From contig JBHGNT010000355.1 in assembly GCA_043228905.1 (NCBI GenBank), forward strand, positions 1 through 32,168: DNA of 32,168 nt. Reading direction: 5' to 3'. Below, in pieces: positions 1 through 13,038 of the stretch; within the stretch, counting starts at the first letter, position 1; each line of letters starts with the position of its first letter. A model generated the notes under the pieces. The model saw nothing but the letters and a program-made list of their open reading frames with translations. It had not been told where the DNA came from and did not search any database. The stretch comes from Azolla caroliniana (taxonomy: Eukaryota > Plantae > Polypodiophyta). Both the position numbers and the translations under genes were made by a program.

Positions 1-401
1 ACAAGTGTACATGAATGTGATAGAAGAACTGTGTGCCACTAACGATGATTGTTAAAAGTGGCAAGTCCATAGTGGGCAACAAAGTCATTAGTGTGACAAG
101 GAAATTTGTTTATAAATTGGAGGAATATATGCACGAGGAAAACTAAAGGTATACACACGAAGATTAAAAGATTATGTGTTCAAACCCTATTTTGTCAAAG
201 TCACAATTTGGCGAGTTTTTAATTCATGTGTACGAGTTTATTTAAAGTATGGCTTGCGCCTTAGGTATAACCCCGATACACAAATGAAAAAAGAGAGTAA
301 AAATGATTGTAATAATGGGGAGAAGGTAAAAAACGAAGTGCTACATTGTACAATGTGATGAAGAATATGGTCTGGCTTAAGAAACAATAGTGATCAATCA
401 A

Positions 402-424
402 TGTGTGTGTGTGTGCGCGCGCGT
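402..424. repeat. (TG)n(CG)n alternating purine-pyrimidine tract
   Basis: TGTGTGTGTGTGTGCGCGCGCGT read directly from the sequence. Confidence 0.85.
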
Positions 425-1639
425 AAACATTATTATTATTTGAATTCAAGTAGACTTGTTGTGATTGATCGCAAAATCAAGTAGCAACAACACCATAATG
501 TTGTGAAACTACAGAATAGATGGAAGTGAGCAAAATGTTATGATATGAAATGGAGCACTCAATAATTTTGAGAGAGAAACCAATATTTATCTATTCATTC
601 TTAACACTACACATGTGTAAGTGTTGGTATCAATAATATCTTCCATATGTAATATTGCTAATTGTGTATATTACAAAACCCCACTATCTTGCTTGATTTA
701 TCTCCAAACTCTCGTCTAACATATAATTTATGTTTAAGGTTGCGTTGGTTATATGAACCTTTAATTTGTTGTAAATCTTGACCCACTTATCTAGATTTTG
801 CTAATCTAGTGATTCCATTACCTACGCAACCCTAGGCATATCTTAAAGGTTTACACCCTACTTTGGATAGTTCTCTAATCATTAATATTGTGGAGCTATA
901 TTTGTGTTTTAATGTTTGATTTCCAATGTGTTGCAATAAATATATTTTTGTAATTTTGACAATGAAATCAATGAATATCACGTGACTCGAGTTGGCCTAC
1001 CAATATCGATTGGAGATTTGGCCAACCAATAAAGAGGTCAATGACATATACAATAATTTTGAGGGTTGTGGCTAGTAGGCTAAAATAAATACATATGGCT
1101 AAGAGCTATATAGTGCATGGTTATTGGGCATGACACTCCCTCTCCCTATAAGGGGAATCATATTCCTAATGAAACCCATGCTAGCTTCCTTTTCAATGCC
1201 TTCATTACATTAGGTGTCAATTGTAGCCATTATTTTGTCTGATCAAGATTTCAACTAGCAAAGCATCATTGTTCGACAAGACAAGGGTAACACCATTTTC
1301 TTTTGGTATTCTCTAGTGCATGGTTGAAGATCAACAAATCTCATTGAACTATTTAACTAAATAGGGACGTGAATGGGTCATTTAAGTAATGCACAATTTG
1401 AACGGGCATACCCTCCTTTTGCGTAAAGAAATTGTAGCTTAATATATATAGCGTAGATATGTTGTAGCAAAAAGAGTTGGGAATTATAAGAAATTGTGGA
1501 AGCAAGTAGATAGTATGAAATAACATCTTTACAAGCAACACGTCTTTTCGTTTCCTTTTGTCTTTGCTTTTCTATCATGTGATTTTCATTTGTGTTTTTA
1601 CTCAATTCCTATCCTAAATTGACAACCTTAGCCACTAGT

Positions 1640-1850
1640 GGGTATTTTGAGATTATGTAGAATTGAGTTATCAAAATTCGATCAAATCTTTTGGATTCTA
1701 TGGAAACAACGATGTAGACATGTCTTTTCCAACCAAACCGTGCATCCAACAATGTTAATGCAAGAGACATGGAGTGAGGTTATAGCTACTCTAAAGAGCC
1801 AATACGATGGCCTCACGGGCGGATCTGATGGAGTTGAAAGACTGTTCTAA
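1640..1850 (+). mobile_element. Possible L1-type LINE ORF2 C-terminal remnant
   Basis: IFWILWKQRCRHVFSNQ...P...W resembles the W.IW..R...VF motif that follows the L1 RT zinc finger. Confidence 0.4.
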
Positions 1851-1993
1851 CCTTCATCCAACAATGGCCGTCGTCCTCTCCCTTTCTTGAGTCAGTGGGC
1901 ATCCACATAAGATAGAACTATCGCATCCCTATAGGGATTAGTATATAACAATCTCATATGTAAAATTTTATAACTAATGGAAGGAGTTTTTTT

Positions 1994-2445
1994 GGGGGAA
2001 AAAAAAAATCAAATCTAACCCAACTTAGCCTTGTGGGTTTCTTTATTTCCCCAATTACCCTTGCTAAAACTCTTTATTTCTTGAAATGCCCAACCCCAAT
2101 AAGTGCATAATTGATCAAAATTGACCCAATTCAATCTGTAAATAATAATATTCCTGAAGGTTATTATTAATTCCCCAAAGCCCTAGCCAAAACTTCGTAT
2201 TTTGGAAATGCCTTCCCTAATCCTGATAAGTACGCAATTTATGTGTATTAATTGAGTCATTCCATGGTAAAATATCAATTATATGTGCTCTTTGGAGAAG
2301 GAGAACCGGGAAAATAATCAAAAGCTTGACCAAAATCATTCAGGATGTAATCAAAGATGCATGATAACCAAAACTTTAAGTGACCATTTCGGGAAATTAA
2401 AAAAGAAGTTAGGGGTAGTTTTGGAGGGTTTTTAATTTTTGCTCT
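1994..2445. mobile_element. Decayed Mutator-like MITE remnant related to the 11580-11855 element
   Basis: Repeats the same motif (TTTCTTTATTTCCCCAATTACC, TATTTCTTGAAATGCCC) with an inverted copy (CATTTCGGGAAATTAAAAAAG). Boundaries approximate. Confidence 0.35.
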
Positions 2446-4015
2446 GAAAACTATTGTATGGGTACCCATAGTTTATCATAATTAATTACGTTAATGGCCT
2501 CATGGGGAAGTATGGCCAAGTATGATATAATATATGAGGGCATATGTGGCAAAAACCCTGGCTTCTCATCACTTTCAATGAAAAATATCAAATCAATATG
2601 ATTGCAACCAGCCTCGTGAAATATTTTTTCCTACTTTCCCCCGTTGTTGACTTTGCAATTTGAAAGTTATTTATTCTCTTTGGGAGACTTAGGAAATCCA
2701 AGAATATATTCAATTACAAGAGAAGGACTACAGCAAGAATCAATGTCCACTACTCTAGGATTCAAAGTTCCAAGAACAACTAGTCGTTTGGACAAAGATA
2801 GTCTATCACTGACCAGATTCTGCTGATGAGATATCACGATGAAAGATTGGATTAAATGTCATGAAAGTACAATTGAGGGCCACAAGGCATAAGTGTATGA
2901 AAATGGCTCATTAATTTGTAAGGTCACCTTCAAGGGGGTGTACTTGATTTCAATGAGAAAGAGACCCAAAAGATATCATGAAAGAAAACCACAAGGCTGA
3001 CAGTACAATCAATGATTAAGTGAGATCAGATTGTGAAAAGGCTTAGATTAATGGGTTCACCGTTTCCATTCAATCTATAAAGACACCTTCAAGAGAGTGT
3101 ACTCAGCCCTGATGATTGACAAGTAGTGAGCTTTTCTTGTCTCTTTTTTCTTCCTAAATTAACGAGCATGCACTGCACTTTAATGAAATCATAAGGGCAT
3201 ATATAACTTGTAGAAACCCATGAGTACATTATGCTTTCAATCATCTCAAACCCATGTGTACATTATGTGTTTTAAATTGGACAAAGATAAAATCATTACA
3301 TAGACAGTTTATTACAGAATGATAGCGCTAGCCAACCTACAGATGACCTACATGTGTATAATGTGTAGTTCATATCACATTTTGAACTATACTGCAATAT
3401 TCCAAAAGATACCCCAAAATGGTACAGCAGTGCTGCATTGACAGACATCCAATCGTAAAATTACTCGATGATGAGTTTATTCTTTTGAGTTAAAAAAATA
3501 TGCATTTGATATGTTGTGGAAGTGTCTTTTTTTAGCTTCAATTCATCTAGTGCAACAAAGACAAATATAATGGAAATAAAACATTAGCTCAATCTTCACC
3601 ATCGGAAACTACCCAGTGTCAGCACCAAAGATGGAGCAATTGTACAAAAATGAGGCAACATTAATTGGCTCTGTCATCATGAACACATTTCATCTCTCAA
3701 CACCAATCAATGAAGAATTTAACTCTGTTAAAATAAAACCAACAGTGAGTTTGAAGAGATGCTCACAACATAGCTCACGTCCAAATGTAAAAATATATTA
3801 GTAGGCAATCCTCAGGTGATTGTATGCAACAAACTTCGTCGGCCCCCGACTGTAAGTCATTCATTAGTTCATATCTATCCTATACTTGGAAACAGTTCAA
3901 TTGCTTTTAAACCCTAAACCATCATGAACCTTCCAAATCTTTGGTAATAGTTTTCAAATGCGCCAGTTATGGCATAATCAAATCTGGCATAGGAACATTC
4001 AACATCCAGATGTAG

Positions 4016-7000
4016 TCATCCCTTTTATTCCCAACATCGAGAAAGAGATAAATTAGTTTGTTTTAGAACATCAACAAAAAACAACAATAAAATTACTTCA
4101 GAACACCATACCTCTTTATGAATTCGCTGAGCAAATGTTTGAGCTACTAGCAATGGAAATGCAATAGTTGCATCACAATGAACCTAAAATCATGATAGGG
4201 GCAGTCAGCAATGAATCATGTTGCATACTTTAGGTAAATAATTATAAAGGCAAAATACATCAAATGTTTTTTGGGGATACTTAAATTACACGTAAATTTT
4301 CAAAATTTTGCCATCTGCAGCAGTCATGGTTGTGTAATAAATAGGAGTATCCTGATAGCTTACAATAATTAATTTCTGAGCCTTTACCAGAAGACAAACT
4401 CAAAATTAGCCCACATAAAACCCCATAGAGCAGTAAACTTTGCATTACATTGAGAGAAATCTTGTACTCTGTTAAATGTCAAAAATATTTTAATGGAATT
4501 TTTTATATCCCTCCCTCCCCAAAATAATAAACCAAACACATACCTTCACAGGACTTGCACTACCATGGATTTTGCCCCATGAAATAGCTTCATCTGGCTG
4601 AGCTCCTGAATCACTACCGTCAAACTCTTGACCAGTATTGATGAACACAGCATAATCGGCACCATTTCTCATCATATTAGCATTACAAATATGGTGCTTT
4701 GGAAGACCCCCTCCTAAAACAATCATACCAGTTTTCCGAGGAGCTGCATGAACAGCCTCTCCATTTATGGCTCTTATATCTTGGAATGCACAAAACAAAA
4801 TGAAGAAAATAAGCAAGCATTTTGGTGTTTTAACAGTAAACATTTTTATAAGTTGATGACCAAGCATTATAATAGTATGATGAGGAAGCATTTTGATAAG
4901 TTGATAGCACAACAGTTTTATGCTCTGAGTAAACATTTTGATTATTTGATCAGTAACGTTTAGATGATTTCATTAGTAGCAAAGCAATATTTATTATCAA
5001 TCAAACACACCTTGAATGATGTCGAGTACAAGTCCTGGATTCTTGAAAGAGTGGAAATAAAGCATGTCTCCAAGGGAACCATCTGTCAAAGCAGGGCAAA
5101 ATACAGGTATGCCATGCTGTAAAAAAGGACAAATTATTGGTATTATTACCTTCTAGATCTACCTCTATCATCTTTTCATGAAAATGAGAATATGACTATT
5201 TATGTCGACACAATTCTAATGAGAAGATGACCATTCAGAATTATGTCGAACAAAAAGAATCAAAGAAATAGTAACTAGCATTGATCACAGATTCACATAA
5301 AATATCCTTTAGCGTCTATGTAAAACCACCATTGCTCGTGGTACACTTTATATTGAATTTTGAAAGTCAAATATCTTATATCAGAGAATAATCCAACCTT
5401 TTGAGCCCAAAAAATATATGAGCTTGGATTATTTATTTCTTTCCCCAACCTTGCAATCAGTTTGGAAGGTGTCCACAAAATTTCCTAAAAACATAAAAAC
5501 AAAAGCAAATACTTAAAGAATTATCACAAGAAAACTCCAGTGGGTTGCTGAATGCATTCACAGTTCACATGATTTTAAGCAGTTTAAAACTCCTATTTCC
5601 ATTACAACCGATAATTCATACTTTTACGCTAGTGCAGTGCCACGGAACATTCAACACCTTCCAAAACTATAGTTTTTTGAGTCTCTTATGTGAAATAATA
5701 CAAAACCAAAGAATGCAATGCAAATAAGACCCATATCCAAGAAGACATAATAAAGACCTGCTGCTTTTGTTCAAGTAGGATTTGATCGAGGATGGGCAAG
5801 ATCCACTCTTCGAATTTGCAATAATTCTCATTTGGAACCAATAGATTTCCTATGCGATTCAAGCCCTTTGATCGTAATTGGGACCCTGGCAAGTTAAATT
5901 TCCCAATGTATGAAGGAGCCAAGCACTTGATTAGGTCTTCCTCGATACCTCCGGCTGTGGTAACGATTACATCGACCTAAAAACTTCAAAAAATGCCACC
6001 ATATGTCACTAGATAATGAGGTAAAACCCGAAGATAGACAATCAATATATATTGTTAAGTTGAGAAACTAGTGCCTTACCATCTTATGCTCGGCAAGAAA
6101 CCGAATGGTTTCACGAACTCCTGATGAGATAATGTTTGATGTGAAACCTAGGAATACCTTGCATTTGACATTCTCTCTAAATGCAGGATCCTTCTGTTCT
6201 TCAGAGCAATCATCTTCCAGTGGTTCATGAGCTAGTCTCCAATCAAGCTGAATATGCATGCAAAGACTCAAAACAAGTTCAGATCAGAACTGAAGAATCT
6301 GTAAAATGCCAAAAATTAATTAATATGCTCTAACTATTTTATAGGTGTAAGCTACAATAATGACAGCAAAGAATATAGAAGGATGTTCTGACCGTTATAT
6401 TACCAAACACTAGACCACTTGCTTATCAAAGACCAACTATATTCTTATCAAATACCAATTAGTTGATCATGAAAAACCAATCATTTGCTATTAAATACCC
6501 AGCCACTAGATAAATATTATCAGATACCAGCCAATTGATTAAGAATAAGCACAATGTCATTATAAAATACCAACCATTTCATTACCAGATATCAATCTTT
6601 ACAAGACCAGTACCAACATTTTACTATGAAAAGAAATCTCATTAACAAACTAAAGATTTTCTTCATAAGGAACCTCTAACCATTTAACTATCAGAATACT
6701 CGACAATTTCATCATAAAGACCTTAACCATTTCACTGCTAAAAGGTCAACAATTTTCCTGACCAGAAATAAAACCACTTTATTTTCAAAGCTCAACAATT
6801 TACCTACGGAAAACTACTGCTTCAATATAAAAATTTCAACCCCTCCATCATAAAAAAACTCAACCATTCCGCTATCAAAAAGCATCAGCCATTTCAGTAT
6901 AAATAAACTAACCATTTGATTGACGTGAGAAATGGCCTGACCAAGGTGAGAGGCTTGAAATCCAGTATGTATCATGGATTCAAGAAGACGTCCATAGTTT

Positions 7001-7167
7001 ACTCCTTGGTCGAAATCATAGCCGCAGACAGGGTCGGCATGATGACTAAGATCTTCAGAGGCACGCATAACAGAGCCATGAATGCGATCTAATAAGTTCT
7101 CGCTGCCGTCTTTCTCCATCTCTATTTTCACAGAATCGTTATTTTGGCTGTGTACCTGCATCGCCAT
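4016..7167 (-). CDS. DHS: Deoxyhypusine synthase (eIF5A hypusination), ~380 aa, 7-8 coding exons
   Basis: Exons (minus) 7167-6913, 6247-6080, 5976-5758, 5484-5398, 5116-5011, 4779-4544 and 4183-4112 join in frame with GT-AG sites. Motifs: [109 protein letters not shown] (catalytic Lys), [17 protein letters not shown]. The C-terminus is ambiguous: a micro-exon GGA-TGA at 4021-4016, or read-through to TAA at 4027-4025. The true start may be ATG 7119. Confidence 0.95.
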
Positions 7168-7175
7168 GTTTCCAT
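7128..7175 (-). promoter_or_regulatory. Candidate upstream ORF ([15 protein letters not shown]) overlapping the first DHS ATG
   Basis: ACG-ATG-G at 7175 is in strong context and out of frame with DHS. Its TGA (7130-7128) ends 8 nt before the in-frame ATG at 7119. Confidence 0.4.
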
Positions 7176-7343
7176 CGTTAGCAGGTGCACAGAAGCCCTA
7201 ATAATTGGAAGTGGCAAACTAACCATCAAAGTTTGCATAATTGCAAGCATACCCCTACCCTAATCTCCAAGAAGCAAACTGAAGGCAATTCATGAAAGCC
7301 TTTTATCTCTTAAGATATTTTCATAAAGCTATCGATTTTAGAG

Positions 7344-7925
7344 CATAGTTCTAGCCATACGTCCCATTCGTGTCATACTCAAACGCCAATATTCGTATCA
7401 TACTCATACGTGAAAAGGCTCCAAGTATGATTGAAATCCATACGCGGTACATAGATATATTATATATAGATATGGTGTATATGGTGTACATAGTGTGTGT
7501 GTGTGTGTGAGAGGGAGAGAGAGAGAGAGAGAGAGAGAGCGTGTGTGATCTAGAGAGAGAAGCCCTGTTTTGCATGTGTGAGGAGACAGTGATTGAGTGT
7601 ATATCTAGACTCTAGAGAGAGAGAGAGAGAGAGGAGCTATGGGTTTTGTCTGTGTGAGGGAGTATGTAATATGTATATTAGATATCTAGATTTTGTAGAG
7701 AGAGAAAATATGTCAGTTCTCGTGTGAGAGAGAGAGAGAGAGTGTGTATGTGTGTCAGATGTCACTTCTATTCACAAAATATTATGAATATCAAAAATTA
7801 AAAAAACCAAAAAAAAGTCAAAAAAAAAGAAAGAAGCCAAACGAATATCGCGTATCATACGCGTACGTTTGCAAACGTTCGCGTACGTCCAGTAAATTGG
7901 ACGTACGCGAATATTAGGAACTATG
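7344..7925. mobile_element. Non-autonomous hAT-type MITE (582 bp)
   Basis: Termini CATAGTTC...GAACTATG form an inverted repeat, flanked by a perfect 8-bp TSD TTTTAGAG (7336-7343 and 7926-7933). Subterminal CGTACG/CGTATCATAC repeats; internal (GT)n/(GA)n tracts. Confidence 0.85.
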
Positions 7926-9239
7926 TTTTAGAGTAAACAATTGTCTTACTATCAATTTTAGAGTAAACAATTCATAATATCCAATTTTTAACACTGCCCT
8001 CGTGTGGCTTGACGTCTCCATTCTCATCATTAAAATCCAATGATGTTTATGCTAAAACATAAGTGTCAAGTGATTCTATTTTTCATTAAGTGAAATGGGT
8101 CAAAGTGATAATGAAAGTATACTTGATAATGTGGGTGTTCACATATGAACGATAACTTGGGGATCCAACTTGATAAACCGCACAATACACAACCCCTTTC
8201 ATGACTTATAATATGCTGCTTCTTGTGAACCCAAACAGAGATGATGTCATTGACGCCTGTTGCAATTGGTACTTCTTACATGGGCCAAAAAGATCATGCA
8301 ATGTACAAAGCTTACCCTTGATCTAGGCAAACCGATCATGTTGTGGACTATGCTTGCTTGTTTGCCTCTACATGCTAGACAAAGGGTAGGACAATATAGT
8401 TGCCTTGGAAAGTTTCTATTAACATCCAATAAAGAAAATATATTTGAATCGCATCATTGCATTGGGTATTAGATCTCGCTTTGGCAACACGAATTGTTGT
8501 TCCCTCTCTCTACTTTCCCAACCTTGTTCTTCTCATTTTGATTAGTTCTCTGAAATTTGATTTATAGATAATATGGAACATGATCTCTTATACCCAAATG
8601 GTCTGAAGCATTTCAATCATTTTGGGTAGTTGTTTCGCTAGCTCAAAAGATAATCAAAAGCATAAAGCTATTCATAGTTGGTTATAACGAAGCACAATGC
8701 AATTTCAAGGCTACATCTCCATTTCTTTCCACTTTGGATTCTTGAACTGAAAATTGTTCTAAAACATAGGATTGTGTTCTGAATATTTGCTCACAAGAAA
8801 CTCTAAACACAACCGTGAATGCAAAAACAAAGGTCACGATTGTACAATGTGATATTAACTTCATTCTACATTGCCCAAAGAAATAACTCAATAGATTCTT
8901 ATTCATTGCATACATGTTCACGAAACAATGACAAAAAAGTAGACGCGGGAGAAATGGTAGATAGTAAATTGCAAAGCTAGTTTGAATTTACATCATATGC
9001 AACATTGATCACATCATACGTTTATAAAACTTCTCCCACATTGTGCATTCTTTGAATATCAACAAATAACGAACGCAAAATAAACGTAACCCTGATACGA
9101 CGTGCCCTTAAAAACATAACATATAGATAAATAAATAAATAGCACCTTTACAAGCACATGCAAGAGATGGCGTATACCACTGCCATAAAAACCCCTTAAA
9201 AGGCTCAGGATTTAAGCATAAAAGAATTTTATATGATCC

Positions 9240-9500
9240 TTAGCCACATTTATGAACATCTTTTTCCTTTGACCATACATGATCCCATGCATCACTTCCA
9301 ATTTCTTTGGTTTCTGAAGTAAATGGCTCAGATTTCTCATTACTTGGCAATAGCAATCCTTGCACCTTAGGTTGAAGCTTTGGCTTGGACCATATTCCTA
9401 GCAATCTCAGAACAAACCTTGCAAGCTCGCCATAGAGTAATCCAGCTCTATCAAAAAGCTGTAATATAGATAGACATGAATATTAAAACTCGTGCAAGAA

Positions 9501-9551
<51 letters not shown>

Positions 9552-12500
9552 TATGTGTCTGCTAATCTAATGATGTATAACTTTATCAAAAAAGAATCAT
9601 GCACCTGAAGCAACGCCGTTATGAGGAACTGGAATGCTTGAGTGTTTTGATCAACAAGAACAGAAATGCGACCAAAGAAAGTGACAACTCCATATATCTG
9701 CATGAAGCAATCATCTACATTAGGGGCTTGAAGTATCATCAACCATATAATAAAACAACTCTATACATCTATAGAAGGAGAGAGAGGTATTTATGTGAAG
9801 GACCAATAACACCTTACCACTTTTAGCATAGATTGCCATAATGAGGGAGGACCTGATGGAGGAACACCTCCTCCGAGATTGTTTAGATCACTGCCAAACA
9901 TGGGAGGAGCACCCATGCCCATACTATACCCAGCTCCATACATACCTCCACCATATCCACTTCCATGTAAACCACCACATCCGTATGAGTTGCCAAGTCT
10001 TTGGCCCCCATATATACCACCGCCACCATATGCGCCTACAGTTCCATATCCTCCTCCATTATATTGGTTACCCATTCTTCCACCATAATATGTATTTGTT
10101 CCATGTGAACCTGAATACTGATTGTAATTTGATGTTGATCCATATCCTGCATTTTCATAGGAAAAAACATCACTTGCCCTTGAGTGTAATGCTTCAAAAA
10201 AGCAATATGCACAGGCACATTCCTGCATTCTCCAAATAATAAAACCTACATTCCATAAAATGAAGACACGCATGTTTCACCATAGAATTGAGGTGTTGCT
10301 CAATATAATTAAGAGCACGGACAGAGTGTACAACAATGGTATTTGTTGAGGATAGTGCATGATGTGCGTACAATAGGGGTTAGAGATAGGGGATACAATA
10401 GTGCATATCTTTCCCTATTATGAGAATTTTAGGTTGAAGTAGCCAACTGGGGCTGCTGTATTTATTTAACATTCCAACATTGTTGATGATAAATGTGGAA
10501 AACCAAGTAGTAATAGTCTGCTAGACATTTTATTTGTATCTAGTTCAATCTCTTATTCCATTTTGCAAGAAAAACGTTTATAAGTCCCGATAAATATACG
10601 GAGTTTCCCCAGGTTTGGTACAACCACACAATTACAAAGATTGAGCTCCCATGTATACTAGTAAACCATTCTTGCATTCTCCAAGAACAAAATTCAATCC
10701 TTTTGCTCATTAAGAACTTCAACAAACTTACATAGCTATTCGTAGCATTCCTCTCCCAATATGTTGGAGGATTTGATCTTATTGTTATTGTATTATGGTA
10801 CATTTCAGGCAAAGGGGATAAGAAAATCTCTATTAAATCCCAATATGATGATTCCTAGTAAGTTTACTACCAAAATGAGAAGCTGAATCTTTTGAAACAG
10901 ATAGACAAATTTAGACCATGCTCGACTAGAAAATTTATTCTGCAACATCAATTTTTTGTGTGGCTTGGTTTTCAGTGTCTACAAGGTTTGTTCAAGGGTT
11001 GATGGAAGCACGTGATTGCCTGACTTTTACTAATAGATACCCCTCATGTATACAAATGACTCTTGCATTCTCTGACAAATCACATCCATTTGCTAGTTAA
11101 GAAGCAAGATCAACCTCCATCACATCAAATCACTTCACTAGCTAAGAGAACTGACTAACCAACATAAAGAAAAACTTCCGTACTTTTGCAAGTTAAGAGA
11201 ATTGACAAATATCCATAAAATACAGTTCTCTGCGAGTTAAGTAAGAGACATGACTAACCTCCATAGTTATTGATCGCATTTCTCTCCCAAGGTCTTGGAG
11301 GCATTGGTCTACCAAGGATGGTGCCATTGTGAGGAGCGACATTTGTGAGTGGAGATTTGGCACCATTTTCAGAAACACCTGAAGATTCAACAATTGTGGT
11401 AGTGCTATTTGCAGATGTGGACGGCTGGAAAGGAGAAGGACCAGAAATATTGGGAGTTCTCTCCCATGGTTTGGGAGGAGCCAAACAACCTGAAACATGT
11501 TCACATTGAAATAAAATATTACCGCGTGCTAAGCACAGTGTGATGCATTTTGATGTACTGATGAATAGTTAATATTTGAGGAAAACTCTGAATCACCGAC
11601 ATATCCTAAATTTTTCTTTATTTCCACAAATGCCCCTTTTTTTTTCGATATTCCCCAAATACCTTTGGTCAACTCCATCTCAAGCAATTATATGGTCAAT
11701 TATTTCCTTTTTCCTGTTATTTGAGCAATTATAAAGTATTTTCGTCCAATTTCTTTTTTATTTCAAGAGCTTACCTACGGCATTTTGGGAAATAATGAAA
11801 CATATGAATAGTTGGGGAAATAAAACGAGAGTCAGGGGTATAAATGAGTTCTTCCTGTAAATGTTCTGAAAAAGTATACTATTCCTGAATTAATGTTTAG
11901 AAATCTATCGAGAGATGAAATACATAGACAAGAAACATATTTTCTAAGGAAGAAAAAAAAACTGAGCTCCACTTTTGATGAATTAATCTTTAGAAACCTC
12001 ATGAATTAAACAATCTTATCCCATTTTTTTGTAAAGAAACCGAGAAACTAAAATCTTATATCTTGAACAACATATAAGAGAGGTTGCAGTAACTACATTA
12101 AATGGACACGTAAACAAAAAAAGAACTAGTTTTACAAGAATGAAAAAAAAGCCCAAAATGTTTTATCCTTACTCGCACTTTATATAAGCAAATAACAGAA
12201 ACAATGATTTCAATCGAACTAAAATGGAGATCAAATTAGCATGATTGCACAATTTTGGTTGCAATATCTATTAATTCAAAATCAAATTCCAGATTATGCA
12301 CAAATCGTGAGAAAACTCATTCCAGAATTTTTTTTCACCAGAATCAGAAACCGTTAATCTGGTTCTCAGTTGTAAAGCCATACCTCTGATTCTGAGTTTT
12401 AAAACGCAAAATCTGTATTCCGATGTAAAAATGCCAAAATTATAAGCAGATTTTATACACTAAAAATTAGATTCTTACACGAAGCCCTAAATCTGACTCT

Positions 12501-12728
12501 TTGTCGAAAATTTAATTCTAATTCTCGTTAATTCTTAACCTATTCCAAAATTCGAACTCTTGAGCTGTGAACCTAAACCTGAATTCTTGAACAGGAAATA
12601 AAAAGACCATGATCATATGGATTAAATAAATATGCGATTCAACGGAGGCAAGGATTGATCGAAGAGAGAAGATTGAGTTGCAATCAAATAGAATTTGGTT
12701 TTGGATGTAGATTACCCGAAGAGGTCAT
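9240..12728 (-). CDS. PEX13: Peroxisomal membrane protein PEX13, 294 aa, 5 exons
   Basis: Exons (minus) 12728-12716, 11489-11259, 10146-9818, 9697-9605 and 9458-9240 total 885 nt in frame. N-terminal PPKPWE and PPRPWE, Gly/Tyr-rich region (YGGGMYG), conserved plant PEX13 block GVVTFFGRISVLVDQNTQAFQFLITALLQLFDRAGLLYGELARFVLRLLG, and C-terminal WDHVW. Confidence 0.93.
9503..9552. repeat. (TA)n(CA)n compound microsatellite in the last PEX13 intron
   Basis: Read directly from the sequence. Confidence 0.9.
11580..11855. mobile_element. Probable Mutator-like MITE / foldback element in PEX13 intron 1
   Basis: Ends GGAAAACTC...GAGTTCTTCC. Inverted arms are built from a TATTTCCC-AAAT(G/A)CC motif (e.g. 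TTTCTTTATTTCCACAAATGCC vs GGCATTTTGGGAAATAATGAAA). No clean TSD seen. Confidence 0.5.
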
Positions 12729-12995
12729 GGCGATGGCAGAATGCCTTCGATCAGGGAAGCATCTGTGGATGGATCGACGAGTAACTAACGATGAATGCGA
12801 GAGATGGAAGGGAAGAAGGCAAGCAAAGGATGGAGAGATGGACGCAAACAGAGAGTGTACGTAAAATTCTTTGCTTTGCGTGTTTTATTTCTTTAATAAT
12901 AAGTCTTTCGGTTTCCTCTATGCAGTGAAACGCACACAAACATTCACTCACTCACATTCATGTCTTCACAAGGAAATCGGTTCGGGTTCGGCTTC

Positions 12996-13038
12996 GGCTT
13001 AACCGGTTTGGCCTTGTCCCAACCAAACCGGTTAAGCC
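12996..13038. repeat. Perfect 16-bp inverted repeat (GGCTTAACCGGTTTGG-N11-CCAAACCGGTTAAGCC)
   Basis: Read directly from the sequence. It lies among GGTTC/GGCTT motifs like the subterminal repeats of the hAT element at 24903-26611. Confidence 0.85.

Noticed and set aside
1-3900. Short ORFs (60-75 aa) in the left flank
   Set aside because: No recognisable domains or splice-consistent structure, apart from the weak L1-like remnant listed as a feature.
4760-5045. DHS copy as a neofunctionalised homospermidine synthase (pyrrolizidine alkaloid pathway)
   Set aside because: The diagnostic region reads [17 protein letters not shown], the DHS-type N...IxxxN rather than the HSS-associated H...VxxxD. 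Nothing supports HSS, although only an enzyme assay is decisive.
9841-10239. Pro-rich (extensin-like) and His-rich plus-strand ORFs
   Set aside because: They are antisense shadows of the Gly/Tyr-rich PEX13 exon.
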